Shown piece by piece: positions 48,031 through 58,199 of a DNA stretch of 64,000 bases. The stretch is from a virus. Lineage: Duplodnaviria > Caudoviricetes. The stretch is taken from IMG/VR virus record IMGVR_UViG_3300029288_000092, positions 32,001 through 96,000 of that record, one strand, 5' to 3'. The translations under genes and the position numbers were made by a program. The notes below the pieces were generated by a model. It was not told the DNA's origin. It saw nothing but the letters and a program-made list of their open reading frames with translations, and ran no database searches. The first letter of the stretch is position 1. Every line of letters starts with the position of its first letter.

Positions 48031-50658
48031 CTAAAAAGTTTCCATTTTAGATTCAATCTGAAGAATTGGTTCTAAAATTCTATTAACTATATCTTTCCAG
48101 CTGACATCCAATATTCTTTTCGAATCAATGACAAATATATCCGGAATTGCGTCATAATGTTGTGGAATGACTATACAATTTATTGTCTTAAATTTATTTG
48201 TCTTTATAAAATTTGAATATTTTTTACTTTGTTTATTATCCATAGTGGTTGGGTCTATTCCTTTTATTGGAAATAAATATCCTTTAGTTCCGGGATTGAA
48301 GTCAACATCCAATAACTCATTCCATATCAGCATTCCTTTTATGTGCTGTGGAAGATTTTTATAATTTTCCAAATCTTTATTAAAATTAACTGGTTTACCA
48401 ATATTAAGATTTTTTTCTTTTATTAGATTCACAATTTTTAATTCTACACCATTCACATATTTTAAAATATTTTGGACATCTATTTTCCCATTTTCGCTTT
48501 TTAGAATCAATTCCATCAATTCTGCAATTCTGTCCCTAGAAAATTTAGGAACATCCGATCTCTTTGTTTCTAGACCAGAAAATTTTATTTCATCTCGTGG
48601 TAATCCATTTTCATTTATCATCCACAGAGCATATCTTTTCTTGGTTACCATATACAAAGTCTTAGCAATCCATTCTTGTTTAACATCTAAAAAACAATTC
48701 TTAGAATCTAACCCATGAAATGGAATATATTTATCTATTATAAATTGTTTATTAACTAAACCTGAAATATAGGGAGCCCATATCTCAAGAATATCTTTAA
48801 CATAATCTTGACTTTTACTTTTTTTCAATAATTCAGATAATTCAATAAAAATTGAATCCGTGTCTGTATAAATAACATTGGAAATATTTGTATCCTTTAA
48901 ATAAAATTCATTTGAAAATTTATTTAGAATATGATCAAAATCTATTTCTTCAATTTTTTCTTCTTTTCTTAAAGAATAATCTACCACCATTCCTGTCATC
49001 TTGATTAATTCCTGGCCTGTAGAAGTAATAGCAGATCCTAGAATTGGATTAAAATATCTATAATTTTCATTTGTTAGTGCACCATACATTGCATTTGCCA
49101 AAATCTTAACGGCCCACTGCGCAATAAAATTATTATTGGCTTCCAAATCCTTATTTTCTTTTGTAAATTTCTTCCAGTTAGATTTATACACTGATCTTAA
49201 ATTATTCAGATCGGTCAAAATCGTATTATATAAAGATATTCCTTTTTCATGTTTTGAAAATATAGCACCATTAATTGTGAGATAATTTCCTTCTATTATC
49301 TTCTTAAATTGGTCTGATGATATTTTAATCATATGTTCTTTATCAGTATATGGGTAGCACCTTAATATAATTTTATCATCTGGCAATTTATTTTTATATA
49401 AATAATCATAGGAAATTTTTTCATCCACACTAGCCAATATAGTTTCAACGCCCATATTATATGTTCTGATGATAGATGGATACAAAGAACTATAATCCAA
49501 ATCAATAACCCACTCATATAATCCACCAACTGGAGTTTTGACATACGCTCCACGAATTGGTTCCAATGCTTTACTTTTTCTATTGGTGATGATTGCTAAA
49601 TCATTTTTTCTAGCAAACTTAACTAATAATCCATCAATCAAACCAATTGTTGATAACGATTTCTTCCAATCCACACCACAAAATGATCTCAGTTTATTCT
49701 GCAATTCAATATGCTTTACTTTTTTATTGATTTTGCAAATAAGAGCCACATCTTGTTTATTATATTCTATCATTTTATTTGGATCTCTTTTGAATAAAGT
49801 TCTAATATCTCCTTCATATGTGTGTTTTCCTTCACCCAATTCATGCTGTGCAACCATATCCAATTTATTGGATGATAATTCTCCCATCGAAAATCCTTTA
49901 TATAATTCCAACATATCAAGGATAACAAACCCACTATAAAAAATATCTTTATATTTATGATTCACTCTGACACAATTCAATAAGGATAATTTTCTAACAT
50001 CCATTCCAATCTTAAAAATTCTTCCGGCAATATATCCATAATCAAAGAAAGCAAACCACGATGTTAAAATATCAACATTTGTTTTTTTAAGATCCATACA
50101 AAAATACATCAGCATTTCTTGTTCAGTATCAAAGAAAAATGTATTTGTATTTTCCCATCTGTCATACAATATTCCGTTTGATTTTAGAGCAAGAGTTTTT
50201 ATGCTGTCCTCATCAATCCCATATGATATCATACAAATTGGAGCAAACGCATCTTCATTGTTTGGAATTCTATTATGATTAGTTAAATCAAGCTCAATAT
50301 CTAAAAATAATATTTTTGGACTGAAATTATTTTCTGGATATGACAAATAAAAATCAACAGTATGCCTATTTTCAATACTAAAATCTCTTTCAAACGTAGT
50401 ATTATTTTTATCGTATTTTTTCATTTCTCTATAATTACCACGAATTATATTGCAATCTTTTATTTTGGCAATTGGTTCCTTTGTATCACAGGAATAAAAA
50501 TAATAGTTATCTTTATTTTTATATCTATAAATTATTTTTTTATCTTCCTTGGTTCTAAAAATATAATATAAATGGTCATCAACATATTGAATATCAATCA
50601 ATCCGGGATTGTCAAACTTAACCATCAATTCTCTTATTTCATCAGTTAAAAACGACAC
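48031..50658 (-). CDS. polB: Family B DNA polymerase with 3'-5' exonuclease
   Basis: FLDIE, YN..DV, DLDYSSLYPSII, KILANAMYG, YTDTDS, KKRYA. Confidence 0.95.
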   Translation of the reverse strand: MSFLTDEIRELMVKFDNPGLIDIQYVDDHLYYIFRTKEDKKIIYRYKNKDNYYFYSCDTKEPIAKIKDCNIIRGNYREMKKYDKNNTTFERDFSIENRHTVDFYLSYPENNFSPKILFLDIELDLTNHNRIPNNEDAFAPICMISYGIDEDSIKTLALKSNGILYDRWENTNTFFFDTEQEMLMYFCMDLKKTNVDILTSWFAFFDYGYIAGRIFKIGMDVRKLSLLNCVRVNHKYKDIFYSGFVILDMLELYKGFSMGELSSNKLDMVAQHELGEGKHTYEGDIRTLFKRDPNKMIEYNKQDVALICKINKKVKHIELQNKLRSFCGVDWKKSLSTIGLIDGLLVKFARKNDLAIITNRKSKALEPIRGAYVKTPVGGLYEWVIDLDYSSLYPSIIRTYNMGVETILASVDEKISYDYLYKNKLPDDKIILRCYPYTDKEHMIKISSDQFKKIIEGNYLTINGAIFSKHEKGISLYNTILTDLNNLRSVYKSNWKKFTKENKDLEANNNFIAQWAVKILANAMYGALTNENYRYFNPILGSAITSTGQELIKMTGMVVDYSLRKEEKIEEIDFDHILNKFSNEFYLKDTNISNVIYTDTDSIFIELSELLKKSKSQDYVKDILEIWAPYISGLVNKQFIIDKYIPFHGLDSKNCFLDVKQEWIAKTLYMVTKKRYALWMINENGLPRDEIKFSGLETKRSDVPKFSRDRIAELMELILKSENGKIDVQNILKYVNGVELKIVNLIKEKNLNIGKPVNFNKDLENYKNLPQHIKGMLIWNELLDVDFNPGTKGYLFPIKGIDPTTMDNKQSKKYSNFIKTNKFKTINCIVIPQHYDAIPDIFVIDSKRILDVSWKDIVNRILEPILQIESKMETF

Positions 50659-51324
50659 TCATTCCCCCATTCTTTCTTTCCAAATTTTAAAACTCTCCAT
50701 GGATTTTGTATGAAATAGTATATCCCCATTGGATAAAAATATATCGTCAGCAACTAAAGTTATTCTCCCAAATCTTTTTTTCATTTCAAATTTGAATTTG
50801 TTCTTTGATTGTTGATAACATGCACCAATCAATTCTGTACATGCTAATCTTGAATCGTCTGTAAATTTGAAATCAAAATCATATGGTGTTCCAAGATATT
50901 CATATGCTTTTTTGGCTGCCATCATTCTGTCTTCTATTGATAAATTTGGTCTAAAAACAACAAAATGATCAGTCCTAAAAAAGTTTATAGCATTCTCTTT
51001 TATTACGCCCTCTGACAACGCATGAATAACTTGATGTTTTCCATCATCTTTACCAACGTATAATCCAGCGTGATTTAATTCACCCGGAATGAATCTGGCA
51101 TCTAAGTATGAATCATATTTTCTAAGAAATACATCTCCAGGCTGAAAAAAATCATTCATTAATAATTCTACACAATTATATAATTCATCCCCTGAAAATG
51201 AAAATGTTGGGGGATTTATTCCAAAAACAAATCTGAATCCTTTTTCTTTTGTAATACTAAAATGAAATGTAGTGTCTCCAATAAGGGTGAATAAATATCT
51301 TTGAATATTGTATCGTATATTCAT
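50659..51324 (-). CDS. Permuted papain-like NlpC/P60 enzyme (YiiX/YebB family)
   Basis: PGDVFL, NHAGLYVG, YLGTPYDF, LACTELI (His precedes Cys). Confidence 0.85.
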   Translation of the reverse strand: MNIRYNIQRYLFTLIGDTTFHFSITKEKGFRFVFGINPPTFSFSGDELYNCVELLMNDFFQPGDVFLRKYDSYLDARFIPGELNHAGLYVGKDDGKHQVIHALSEGVIKENAINFFRTDHFVVFRPNLSIEDRMMAAKKAYEYLGTPYDFDFKFTDDSRLACTELIGACYQQSKNKFKFEMKKRFGRITLVADDIFLSNGDILFHTKSMESFKIWKERMGE

Positions 51325-51596
51325 TTGTTTCCTCCATTAGTGTTTTTTAAACTTTCTGCCATAGCGTCCAATACTGAAATATGCCATAACTTTTCAACCC
51401 AATAAATAATTAAAAAAACAATAAATGTTGTTTTAAAATACATTAGGAAATTTACAGGCATCCCACCGACAATATTTCCCAACATAATAATTATTAATTC
51501 TTTATTTACTAACCACGTTATCCCCGTCAGCATAAATGAGAATATGGAACATATAATAAAACCAAACACGGTCAAGTATAAAATAGAAAAAAACAT
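51321..51596 (-). CDS. Small membrane protein
   Basis: Two to three hydrophobic segments. Confidence 0.55.
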   Translation of the reverse strand: MFFSILYLTVFGFIICSIFSFMLTGITWLVNKELIIIMLGNIVGGMPVNFLMYFKTTFIVFLIIYWVEKLWHISVLDAMAESLKNTNGGNK

Positions 51597-51605
51597 TAAC
51601 CCCCC

Positions 51606-53060
51606 TCAAAAATATTGGCTTATACCATCAATATTAGAAAAATCAGCAATTGAATCTTCACTTTTATTTTGTTTAGCAAACATAGAGATTCCTGATTCTT
51701 TTATCAGCATCTTACTATAATCTATATTAAAATTTGCACATCCAAGGGGACCATTTCTATTCTTTTTGATATGCATTGTTAAATTATATAAATTATTTCC
51801 AATAATGTTGTCAGCCATATCTGCTTGCAAAAGACCTATAAAATCAGCATGTTCTGCTTTTTTTCTTGATTCTGTAACACTTCCCAATCCAGGGGTTTTT
51901 GAATTATATCCTTCCGAATTTAATTGTGTTGCAGTCAAACTTGGTATTCCATATTTGATTCCGACCATTTTCTGTTCCATTGTTATATGACCTAATTCCA
52001 ATCTGTACATTTCTGTTTTATTAACTGACGCAAATAAATCCAAATAATCAAACACTGCCATTTTCGCCTTGAGCCCTGTTTTTGATATCATCTCATCCAT
52101 GTAGATCATAGCATCATTGATATTACTACTATAGGGCAAAAGATATTTCATTACAATTTTTTTATTTGATTTCTCAAGATACTTAAACATATTTTTTGCA
52201 TCACCATTTATAACTTCTCCCGATGAAGCCTTGTCATAATATGGAAGCATCCTAATTGTTCTCTCCAAACTTTCACCTATGAAGTTTTCTAATGTAAAAT
52301 AAAAATATAGTCCATCTCCATTTTCTTCATTAAAAGCTGCACCACATAAAAAATTTAATAAAGCTATTGATTTTCCAACACCGGGTGTTCCGCCAAAAAT
52401 ATAAATTCTACCATTTTCCAACCCACCCTTTAATATATTTTTATCAAAATTTTGGAATCCTGTTTTTATTTTTGATTTTGGATCATTATTTTTTTCTATA
52501 AGTTTTAAACATTCATCGTACGAATCTTCGTTTTCCAAAACAAACTCACTGGTATTCACTTTATCATCATATCGTTTTTTCAAAAGTGTTCTAATATATA
52601 TTTTGCTTATCAAATTTTCATACGTTTTTATCATTTCATCGCCACCAGTAAAATCTCCACTCTCAAACTTATCCAAAAAATCAACTAATAGATGTTTATC
52701 CTCTTCAATTATTATTCCTTCTTTTTTAACCTGCAGCATTTCTAGAACAGACTTACACCTAACGCTGTCTAACAATACTGTTGTTTTATATTTTAAACTA
52801 TCATAAAACTGAGAAAATTTTCCAAACGTAGAAATATTTTCTATTATTAAATCTGGGGTTGTTTTCTCCCAATCTATTTTTGTCGTAATATATTCAACCA
52901 ATTCAAACTTAGGGAGAATTTTTATTGGTAGATCTTTATTTTTTGCATATGTCATAACAACTATAATATCATTTCTAACTATGGCTTCATCATAATAATT
53001 ATCTACTTTTTTACAAAAATATAAATCTAATATCTTATCTAAAAATGTTTCAGAAATCAT
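51606..53060 (-). CDS. Replicative SF4 helicase (DnaB/T4 gp41-like)
   Basis: GGTPGVGKS, FTLEN, FDYLDL, TATQLN, ESRKKAEHAD, KNRNG. Confidence 0.92.
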   Translation of the reverse strand: MISETFLDKILDLYFCKKVDNYYDEAIVRNDIIVVMTYAKNKDLPIKILPKFELVEYITTKIDWEKTTPDLIIENISTFGKFSQFYDSLKYKTTVLLDSVRCKSVLEMLQVKKEGIIIEEDKHLLVDFLDKFESGDFTGGDEMIKTYENLISKIYIRTLLKKRYDDKVNTSEFVLENEDSYDECLKLIEKNNDPKSKIKTGFQNFDKNILKGGLENGRIYIFGGTPGVGKSIALLNFLCGAAFNEENGDGLYFYFTLENFIGESLERTIRMLPYYDKASSGEVINGDAKNMFKYLEKSNKKIVMKYLLPYSSNINDAMIYMDEMISKTGLKAKMAVFDYLDLFASVNKTEMYRLELGHITMEQKMVGIKYGIPSLTATQLNSEGYNSKTPGLGSVTESRKKAEHADFIGLLQADMADNIIGNNLYNLTMHIKKNRNGPLGCANFNIDYSKMLIKESGISMFAKQNKSEDSIADFSNIDGISQYF

Positions 53061-53072
53061 ATTGCGGCCTCC

Positions 53073-54083
53073 TCATTTTTTTACAATGGAAACTAATTTT
53101 TCAAAATCTTTTTTGTAAAGCTCTTCATTATATACACCTCTCAAAATTGCAGCCGGATGAACTAATACAAAACAAGGAATATTCATCCTATCATATTTAA
53201 ATATAGATCCATGATTATCTGTTATTTTTCCAGTTATTCCAAATCTCTTCATTGATATTGCACCAACGGTGATTAACATTTTTGGTTTAACAGTATTAAT
53301 CAACTCATCTAAATTCTTTTCACAACTCAATACATATTCCGGATTAATTTTATTATCAGGAGGTCTACAAAAAACACTATTTCCTATGAGATATTTCAAT
53401 TTGTTTTTTACAATATATTCTTTAATATATTTTCTTAGTAATTCTCCGGATCTCCCAACAAATGGAACTCCCGCTTCAGCTTCATTTTTTCCCGGTGCCT
53501 CTCCGACAAACATAATATCCACTCCGCATACATTTGATTTGCTATTTGTATCAAACAAGCATAGAGGTTCTGATATCAGAGCACACTCCGAACATTTACT
53601 CTTAACATCTTTAAATTTTGCAATTAAATCCTCAAACTTAATTTTATCTATTTTTGTTTTAGATTTTCTATTTGATATTTTTTTAGATACACCAGTATTT
53701 TCATCATAGTATTTTTTATATTCTTCATGTAATAATAAAATTTCATATGATTTTAATAGTGGATATTTATTTGAAATTTCAGAAATTTCTTTATTTCTGT
53801 TATTATAAATAAATTTTGAATGAAATAAATCAAATTTGGATAAACCGAATTGTTGAATCATGAATTTTATTGTTTTGGAAAATTCCTCGAAAGGCATTCC
53901 AATACAATAAAAATTATTAAGATATTTATTGACATACAAACAAGCTTTCTTGCTTCTCATGAAAAGATTGAGCAGATAGTGAACTGAAAATTTATTTTTA
54001 TTTTCAATAACTATTTCAGGCAATTCACTATCTGCTCCATCATATAACCAATCAAAATATACACCATATGGACTCATAACCAA
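53073..54083 (-). CDS. Family-4 uracil-DNA glycosylase with an N-terminal helical domain
   Basis: CSECAL, MFVGEAPG..E...GVPFVGRSG, NSVFCRPP, HPAAILR. Confidence 0.85.
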   Translation of the reverse strand: MVMSPYGVYFDWLYDGADSELPEIVIENKNKFSVHYLLNLFMRSKKACLYVNKYLNNFYCIGMPFEEFSKTIKFMIQQFGLSKFDLFHSKFIYNNRNKEISEISNKYPLLKSYEILLLHEEYKKYYDENTGVSKKISNRKSKTKIDKIKFEDLIAKFKDVKSKCSECALISEPLCLFDTNSKSNVCGVDIMFVGEAPGKNEAEAGVPFVGRSGELLRKYIKEYIVKNKLKYLIGNSVFCRPPDNKINPEYVLSCEKNLDELINTVKPKMLITVGAISMKRFGITGKITDNHGSIFKYDRMNIPCFVLVHPAAILRGVYNEELYKKDFEKLVSIVKK

Positions 54084-54126
54084 ACCTCGTTTTTTAATTT
54101 GTTAAGATTTTTTAAAAATCAAAAAA

Positions 54127-55227
54127 TCAATAGCTTAAACCATCAATTACATTATTCTTCACCATATTATAATTAAGAGAACTATTGACAATATCTTCAG
54201 CTTGAATATTTTCAAATCCTTTTCCTTTTATCTTCAATTTACTAAAGAAATCCTTAAATCTTTCCAACGCTGCCTGTATCTTTTCTGTATCCTTAGAAAG
54301 ATAAAATAATTTTTGGATTTCTTCACCAACAGTTCTCAATGTTTCGGACATTGCTTTGAATGGACCAGTAAAATATGAATATCCAAGAGTTTCAGATAGT
54401 TGTTTATATGTTTTATATAATAAATATGTACTCATTACAAAAAAACTAATCAATGTTGGCAATGCTGAAAACCCAGCCAGCATAGAAACAAGTTCAGTTG
54501 CAAATGGAATTGTTGTAATTGGAATCAACATATTTGCTCCAGTTATTACCACGAGCGCTAACAATGCGGCGTATTCTAATAGCTTCCATGCCGTATTAAA
54601 ATTCCAATCTTTATTATATAATTCATTTATTGTTTTAGTAAGTATATCAACAAAATAATTGAATTTTCCTTTAGCTGCAAATAAAAGACCATATAGTGCT
54701 ACTCCAGCATACGGTAAAATAACAAAAATAAAAACAACAGAATATAGTATTGGAATAGTCATTGTTAATAACATTGGAAGTAGATTAATAATAATATTCC
54801 CCATAACAATAACAGCCAATATAATACCAAACCATTTTAATGCTGCCATAAAATATCTAAAACCATTCAAAATCTTATCTTTCATGCTTATTGGAAAATC
54901 AAATTCCATTTTAATTTCTTGTTGATTTTTGGATTTTATCAAACTGAGTTTATTGTTTAATTCTAAACTTGACTCATCGGCTAATTCCGATATCATCTCA
55001 GTTATAGAATTCAAACTATTTTCGGATCCATCCTTTAAAAATCTTTTATAAAGTCTAGTAACTTCAGCAAATGATTTATCCAATTTCCTTCTAACATTCT
55101 TATTTTTAATGGACATAACCGCGATTTTAACCCTATTTAACATCTTGGACATCCCCATTGGTTTAACTGATTGAATGTTCAAATGTTTAGCGATCGATAA
55201 TATATTTTTAACTTCGGATTCAAACAT
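54127..55227 (-). CDS. Multi-TM hypothetical protein
   Basis: Four long hydrophobic segments. Confidence 0.6.
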   Translation of the reverse strand: MFESEVKNILSIAKHLNIQSVKPMGMSKMLNRVKIAVMSIKNKNVRRKLDKSFAEVTRLYKRFLKDGSENSLNSITEMISELADESSLELNNKLSLIKSKNQQEIKMEFDFPISMKDKILNGFRYFMAALKWFGIILAVIVMGNIIINLLPMLLTMTIPILYSVVFIFVILPYAGVALYGLLFAAKGKFNYFVDILTKTINELYNKDWNFNTAWKLLEYAALLALVVITGANMLIPITTIPFATELVSMLAGFSALPTLISFFVMSTYLLYKTYKQLSETLGYSYFTGPFKAMSETLRTVGEEIQKLFYLSKDTEKIQAALERFKDFFSKLKIKGKGFENIQAEDIVNSSLNYNMVKNNVIDGLSY

Positions 55228-55245
55228 TTTAGATCCTCCTATAAA

Positions 55246-55677
55246 TTAATCTTTCGTTTTAAAGAATATCCAATTATCCTTATCCATTTTATGAATAACA
55301 TATTTACCCTTTAATTTTTTAGAATTTATAATTTCAATCACAACATCATTTGGGGTTGTGACTATTCTTCTAACATTTCCACTATCCCATATCACAAATT
55401 TTCCACCACCATATTCACCTTTTGGAATTTCACCTTTGTAAGTTAACCACCAAATTTTATGAACTGGCTGTTTAACAGCTAACACTTTCTCTCCGGATTT
55501 AAGTGGTATTCCTTTTCTAATTGCCCAAGAATCCAATTTACCTCTATCATTTTCAATTCTCAAATCATAATGCAACCCAGCCTTATATGCAGAGTGCTGG
55601 TGTATAACATATCTATATTGTTTATTGCTATATAACTCAAGCAATTTGCATGCAAATTCCATAAATATATTTTTCAT
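55246..55677 (-). CDS. Stand-alone LigD 3'-phosphoesterase (PE) domain
   Basis: YVIHQH.A...LHYDLRIE, SWAIRKG, LAVK..VH, GEIPKGEYGGG...IWDSG. Confidence 0.9.
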   Translation of the reverse strand: MKNIFMEFACKLLELYSNKQYRYVIHQHSAYKAGLHYDLRIENDRGKLDSWAIRKGIPLKSGEKVLAVKQPVHKIWWLTYKGEIPKGEYGGGKFVIWDSGNVRRIVTTPNDVVIEIINSKKLKGKYVIHKMDKDNWIFFKTKD

Positions 55678-55686
55678 TTTAAATCC

Positions 55687-55941
55687 TCACCCGACAAAAA
55701 CATCATCAGATGCCTTTGTTATTATGGATCCCATATCTGTGCTATCACCGAGAGCCTGTGAACTTTTATTATTTATGATTACATTTCTAGAACCATTTAA
55801 TTTTCCAACATCGGGAAGAGTATTATCGTCTTTAAGTGCAGCTTTTTTGCTATTTATAAAAACATTATCTGATGATGGTCCACTTATAGTTGATGTTCCA
55901 CTATCCAATTCATCATTTATTCTAGCAATTGCTTTTGACAT
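55687..55941 (-). CDS. PAAR-like spike tip (T4 gp5.4-like)
   Basis: AIARIND, S.NVFIN.KKAA..D, GS.NV.IN.K....GD, S.DVFVG. Confidence 0.8.
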   Translation of the reverse strand: MSKAIARINDELDSGTSTISGPSSDNVFINSKKAALKDDNTLPDVGKLNGSRNVIINNKSSQALGDSTDMGSIITKASDDVFVG

Positions 55942-56873
55942 TATTCCCTTTCCCCTTCTGGCAAATCAGGAGTTGTTGTTATAGAATCTGGATTTGCTTC
56001 TCCACTATTTAAATATATATTAGAACCATCCATTGCAATTTTATCACCGGATTGTATTTCTAAAGATCCTGTTAATTTATTTGTCTCTTTGCCAGAAACT
56101 TCCTTTGTTATATTACCATCAACTTTGTATTTTACATTTCCTTTTACATGTATATTTACATCACCTTCCAACGTGATATGGGAATCTTTTTCTATTTGTA
56201 TTTTTAAATCACCTTTCATTTTAACATGCAATGTGTCATCTTTCTGAACAAGATTTATAAAATTTCCTTTATAATCTTTTATAAGAATTTTTTCTTTACT
56301 ATTTCTTTCGTCCATCAATATAACACTCTGATTGTTATCTATTGTATAAACACTTCCACTAGCATCGTCTTGTTTTGGATCATACAATCTTTTCTTTCCA
56401 GTTAATTCAACTCTTTCATCATCTGGATCATCACTCACTATAATAACTCTTCCCCTAGGGCTTCGCATTATAGTCCATTTGCTCCACCATTTTCCACCCA
56501 ACTGATTTTCTGGTGGAACCGGTTTGTGAGAAATATCCATGGCGCACATATAATACGGTCTATTAGGATTATCACATTCAAACCAGATCCAAACAAAACT
56601 TCCATCTTCTGGTATATAACACGTCCCGTAATGATGACACCAAATCTTTTCATTGTCTCTTTTATTTCTTCCGCCAACTGGATTGTTTGCTGGCCATGCC
56701 CACATACCTTCATCTTTTTTAAATTTATCTTCTTTCATTAAATCTGGAATAAACACTTTGACTCTGCCAAACTTCTCTTTGTCTTTAACATCAATAACTA
56801 TGGCTCTATAAAAATTATCATATGATAATTTTCTTTCGTTTGTTCCTAATTCAAAAAACGTCTTTTTTTCCAT
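55941..56873 (-). CDS. Baseplate central spike (gp5/Vgr OB-fold + beta-helix)
   Basis: YRAIVIDVKD.EK.GRVKVFIP, P..GSFVWIWFE.DNPNRP.Y, 8-aa repeats VxGN. Confidence 0.85.
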   Translation of the reverse strand: MEKKTFFELGTNERKLSYDNFYRAIVIDVKDKEKFGRVKVFIPDLMKEDKFKKDEGMWAWPANNPVGGRNKRDNEKIWCHHYGTCYIPEDGSFVWIWFECDNPNRPYYMCAMDISHKPVPPENQLGGKWWSKWTIMRSPRGRVIIVSDDPDDERVELTGKKRLYDPKQDDASGSVYTIDNNQSVILMDERNSKEKILIKDYKGNFINLVQKDDTLHVKMKGDLKIQIEKDSHITLEGDVNIHVKGNVKYKVDGNITKEVSGKETNKLTGSLEIQSGDKIAMDGSNIYLNSGEANPDSITTTPDLPEGERE

Positions 56874-56883
56874 ATTAAATAAA

Positions 56884-57798
56884 TTACACCTCTAAAGATG
56901 AAATCAAATATTTTGTAATTTTCAGTGTCATCTGCATGGCAGTTTCATATGGAAGATTATAGCTTAAATTTCCATATGCATCGGATATCATTGAGGCATA
57001 TATCAATGGGAAAAATCTATCTAAAGACTCCATCATAACTAATGCTTCAAGTGACATATGATGTGCGATTCTAGATGTTACCGCTTGCATGGTAATTCCA
57101 AAATAAACAAATTTATCAAGATAATCTATCCACTTTATTGTATCAAAATTCAAACTGTCCAAATCAACAGAACTCTTGACCAGTTCTGGAAATTTCTCCA
57201 GTGATGTCAACTTATAGTTTGAAATAACAGAAGAATAATGTTTCTTGAATGGTTGACCCCAAAGATTCACGACAGTATGGATACTTGATAAATAAATAGA
57301 GTTATTTACCAAATCCAAATCGTTAAATACGCCATATGATTTCCCAAACATATTCATCATAAAACTATGTATAATTAAAACTTGATAATCCACCCACAAA
57401 TTTATATTTTTAAATGCTGGCACATTAAAATATGCCCAGTATACTAATCCATACGATATAATAGAAATTAATTCCGCTTTAGAATATTCTGTCAATCTTT
57501 TTGTAAAATTAATTAATATTTCACCACTTTTTGCCACATAACAGCTAAGAGGATATCTACTATCAGAAATTAAAACAATACGACCTTTACCACGAAAAGA
57601 TTTTACAGTAAAAATCTGTTCTATATTTTGAATAAGATAATCCACAAATTTATCAAGAAGTTTATTGGAAATTCTTATTTTTGTGTTCTTCAACATATTG
57701 AATAAAATTTTATCTTTATCCCCGTTACTTAATAAGAATCTTTTATAATCATCATCATAATAATTCTTTAATTTAACAAGTGAAAACTTCTGAACCAT
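56884..57798 (-). CDS. Hypothetical protein
   Basis: ORF coupled to its neighbours. Confidence 0.6.
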   Translation of the reverse strand: MVQKFSLVKLKNYYDDDYKRFLLSNGDKDKILFNMLKNTKIRISNKLLDKFVDYLIQNIEQIFTVKSFRGKGRIVLISDSRYPLSCYVAKSGEILINFTKRLTEYSKAELISIISYGLVYWAYFNVPAFKNINLWVDYQVLIIHSFMMNMFGKSYGVFNDLDLVNNSIYLSSIHTVVNLWGQPFKKHYSSVISNYKLTSLEKFPELVKSSVDLDSLNFDTIKWIDYLDKFVYFGITMQAVTSRIAHHMSLEALVMMESLDRFFPLIYASMISDAYGNLSYNLPYETAMQMTLKITKYLISSLEV

Positions 57799-58199
57799 TA
57801 CTCCTCCTGCACCACATTTATGTCGTCCTTTATGTAATTTCTCATAACTTGTTTGACTGCTCCCATTGTTGGTATATATACTTTTTCCAATTTAAATTCT
57901 TCAATAAAAAAACAATTATTTACAAATAAAAGCATATGCCAAAGATTAACAGTTTTATAAATATCGAAAGATAAATAATCTGGTCTATAGATATATTTTC
58001 TATCTAAATCAACTAATACCGAATTTTGTCTTAAAAAATCATAATTTTGTGCTAATAATTCAATATATGGATTGTCAATAACAACACTTCCACTGTCAAA
58101 AAAACTATCAGTTATCTGATATTGATTTCTAAAATATGTGATATCAAAAATATCCAGTGATCTATTTTTGCTATCGACATCTATTCTGCTAATTGGCAT
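57798..58199 (-). CDS. Baseplate wedge protein (gp53/LysM-like)
   Basis: YIYRPDYLSFDIY....LW..LLFVN...F....VYIP. Confidence 0.75.
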   Translation of the reverse strand: MPISRIDVDSKNRSLDIFDITYFRNQYQITDSFFDSGSVVIDNPYIELLAQNYDFLRQNSVLVDLDRKYIYRPDYLSFDIYKTVNLWHMLLFVNNCFFIEEFKLEKVYIPTMGAVKQVMRNYIKDDINVVQEE

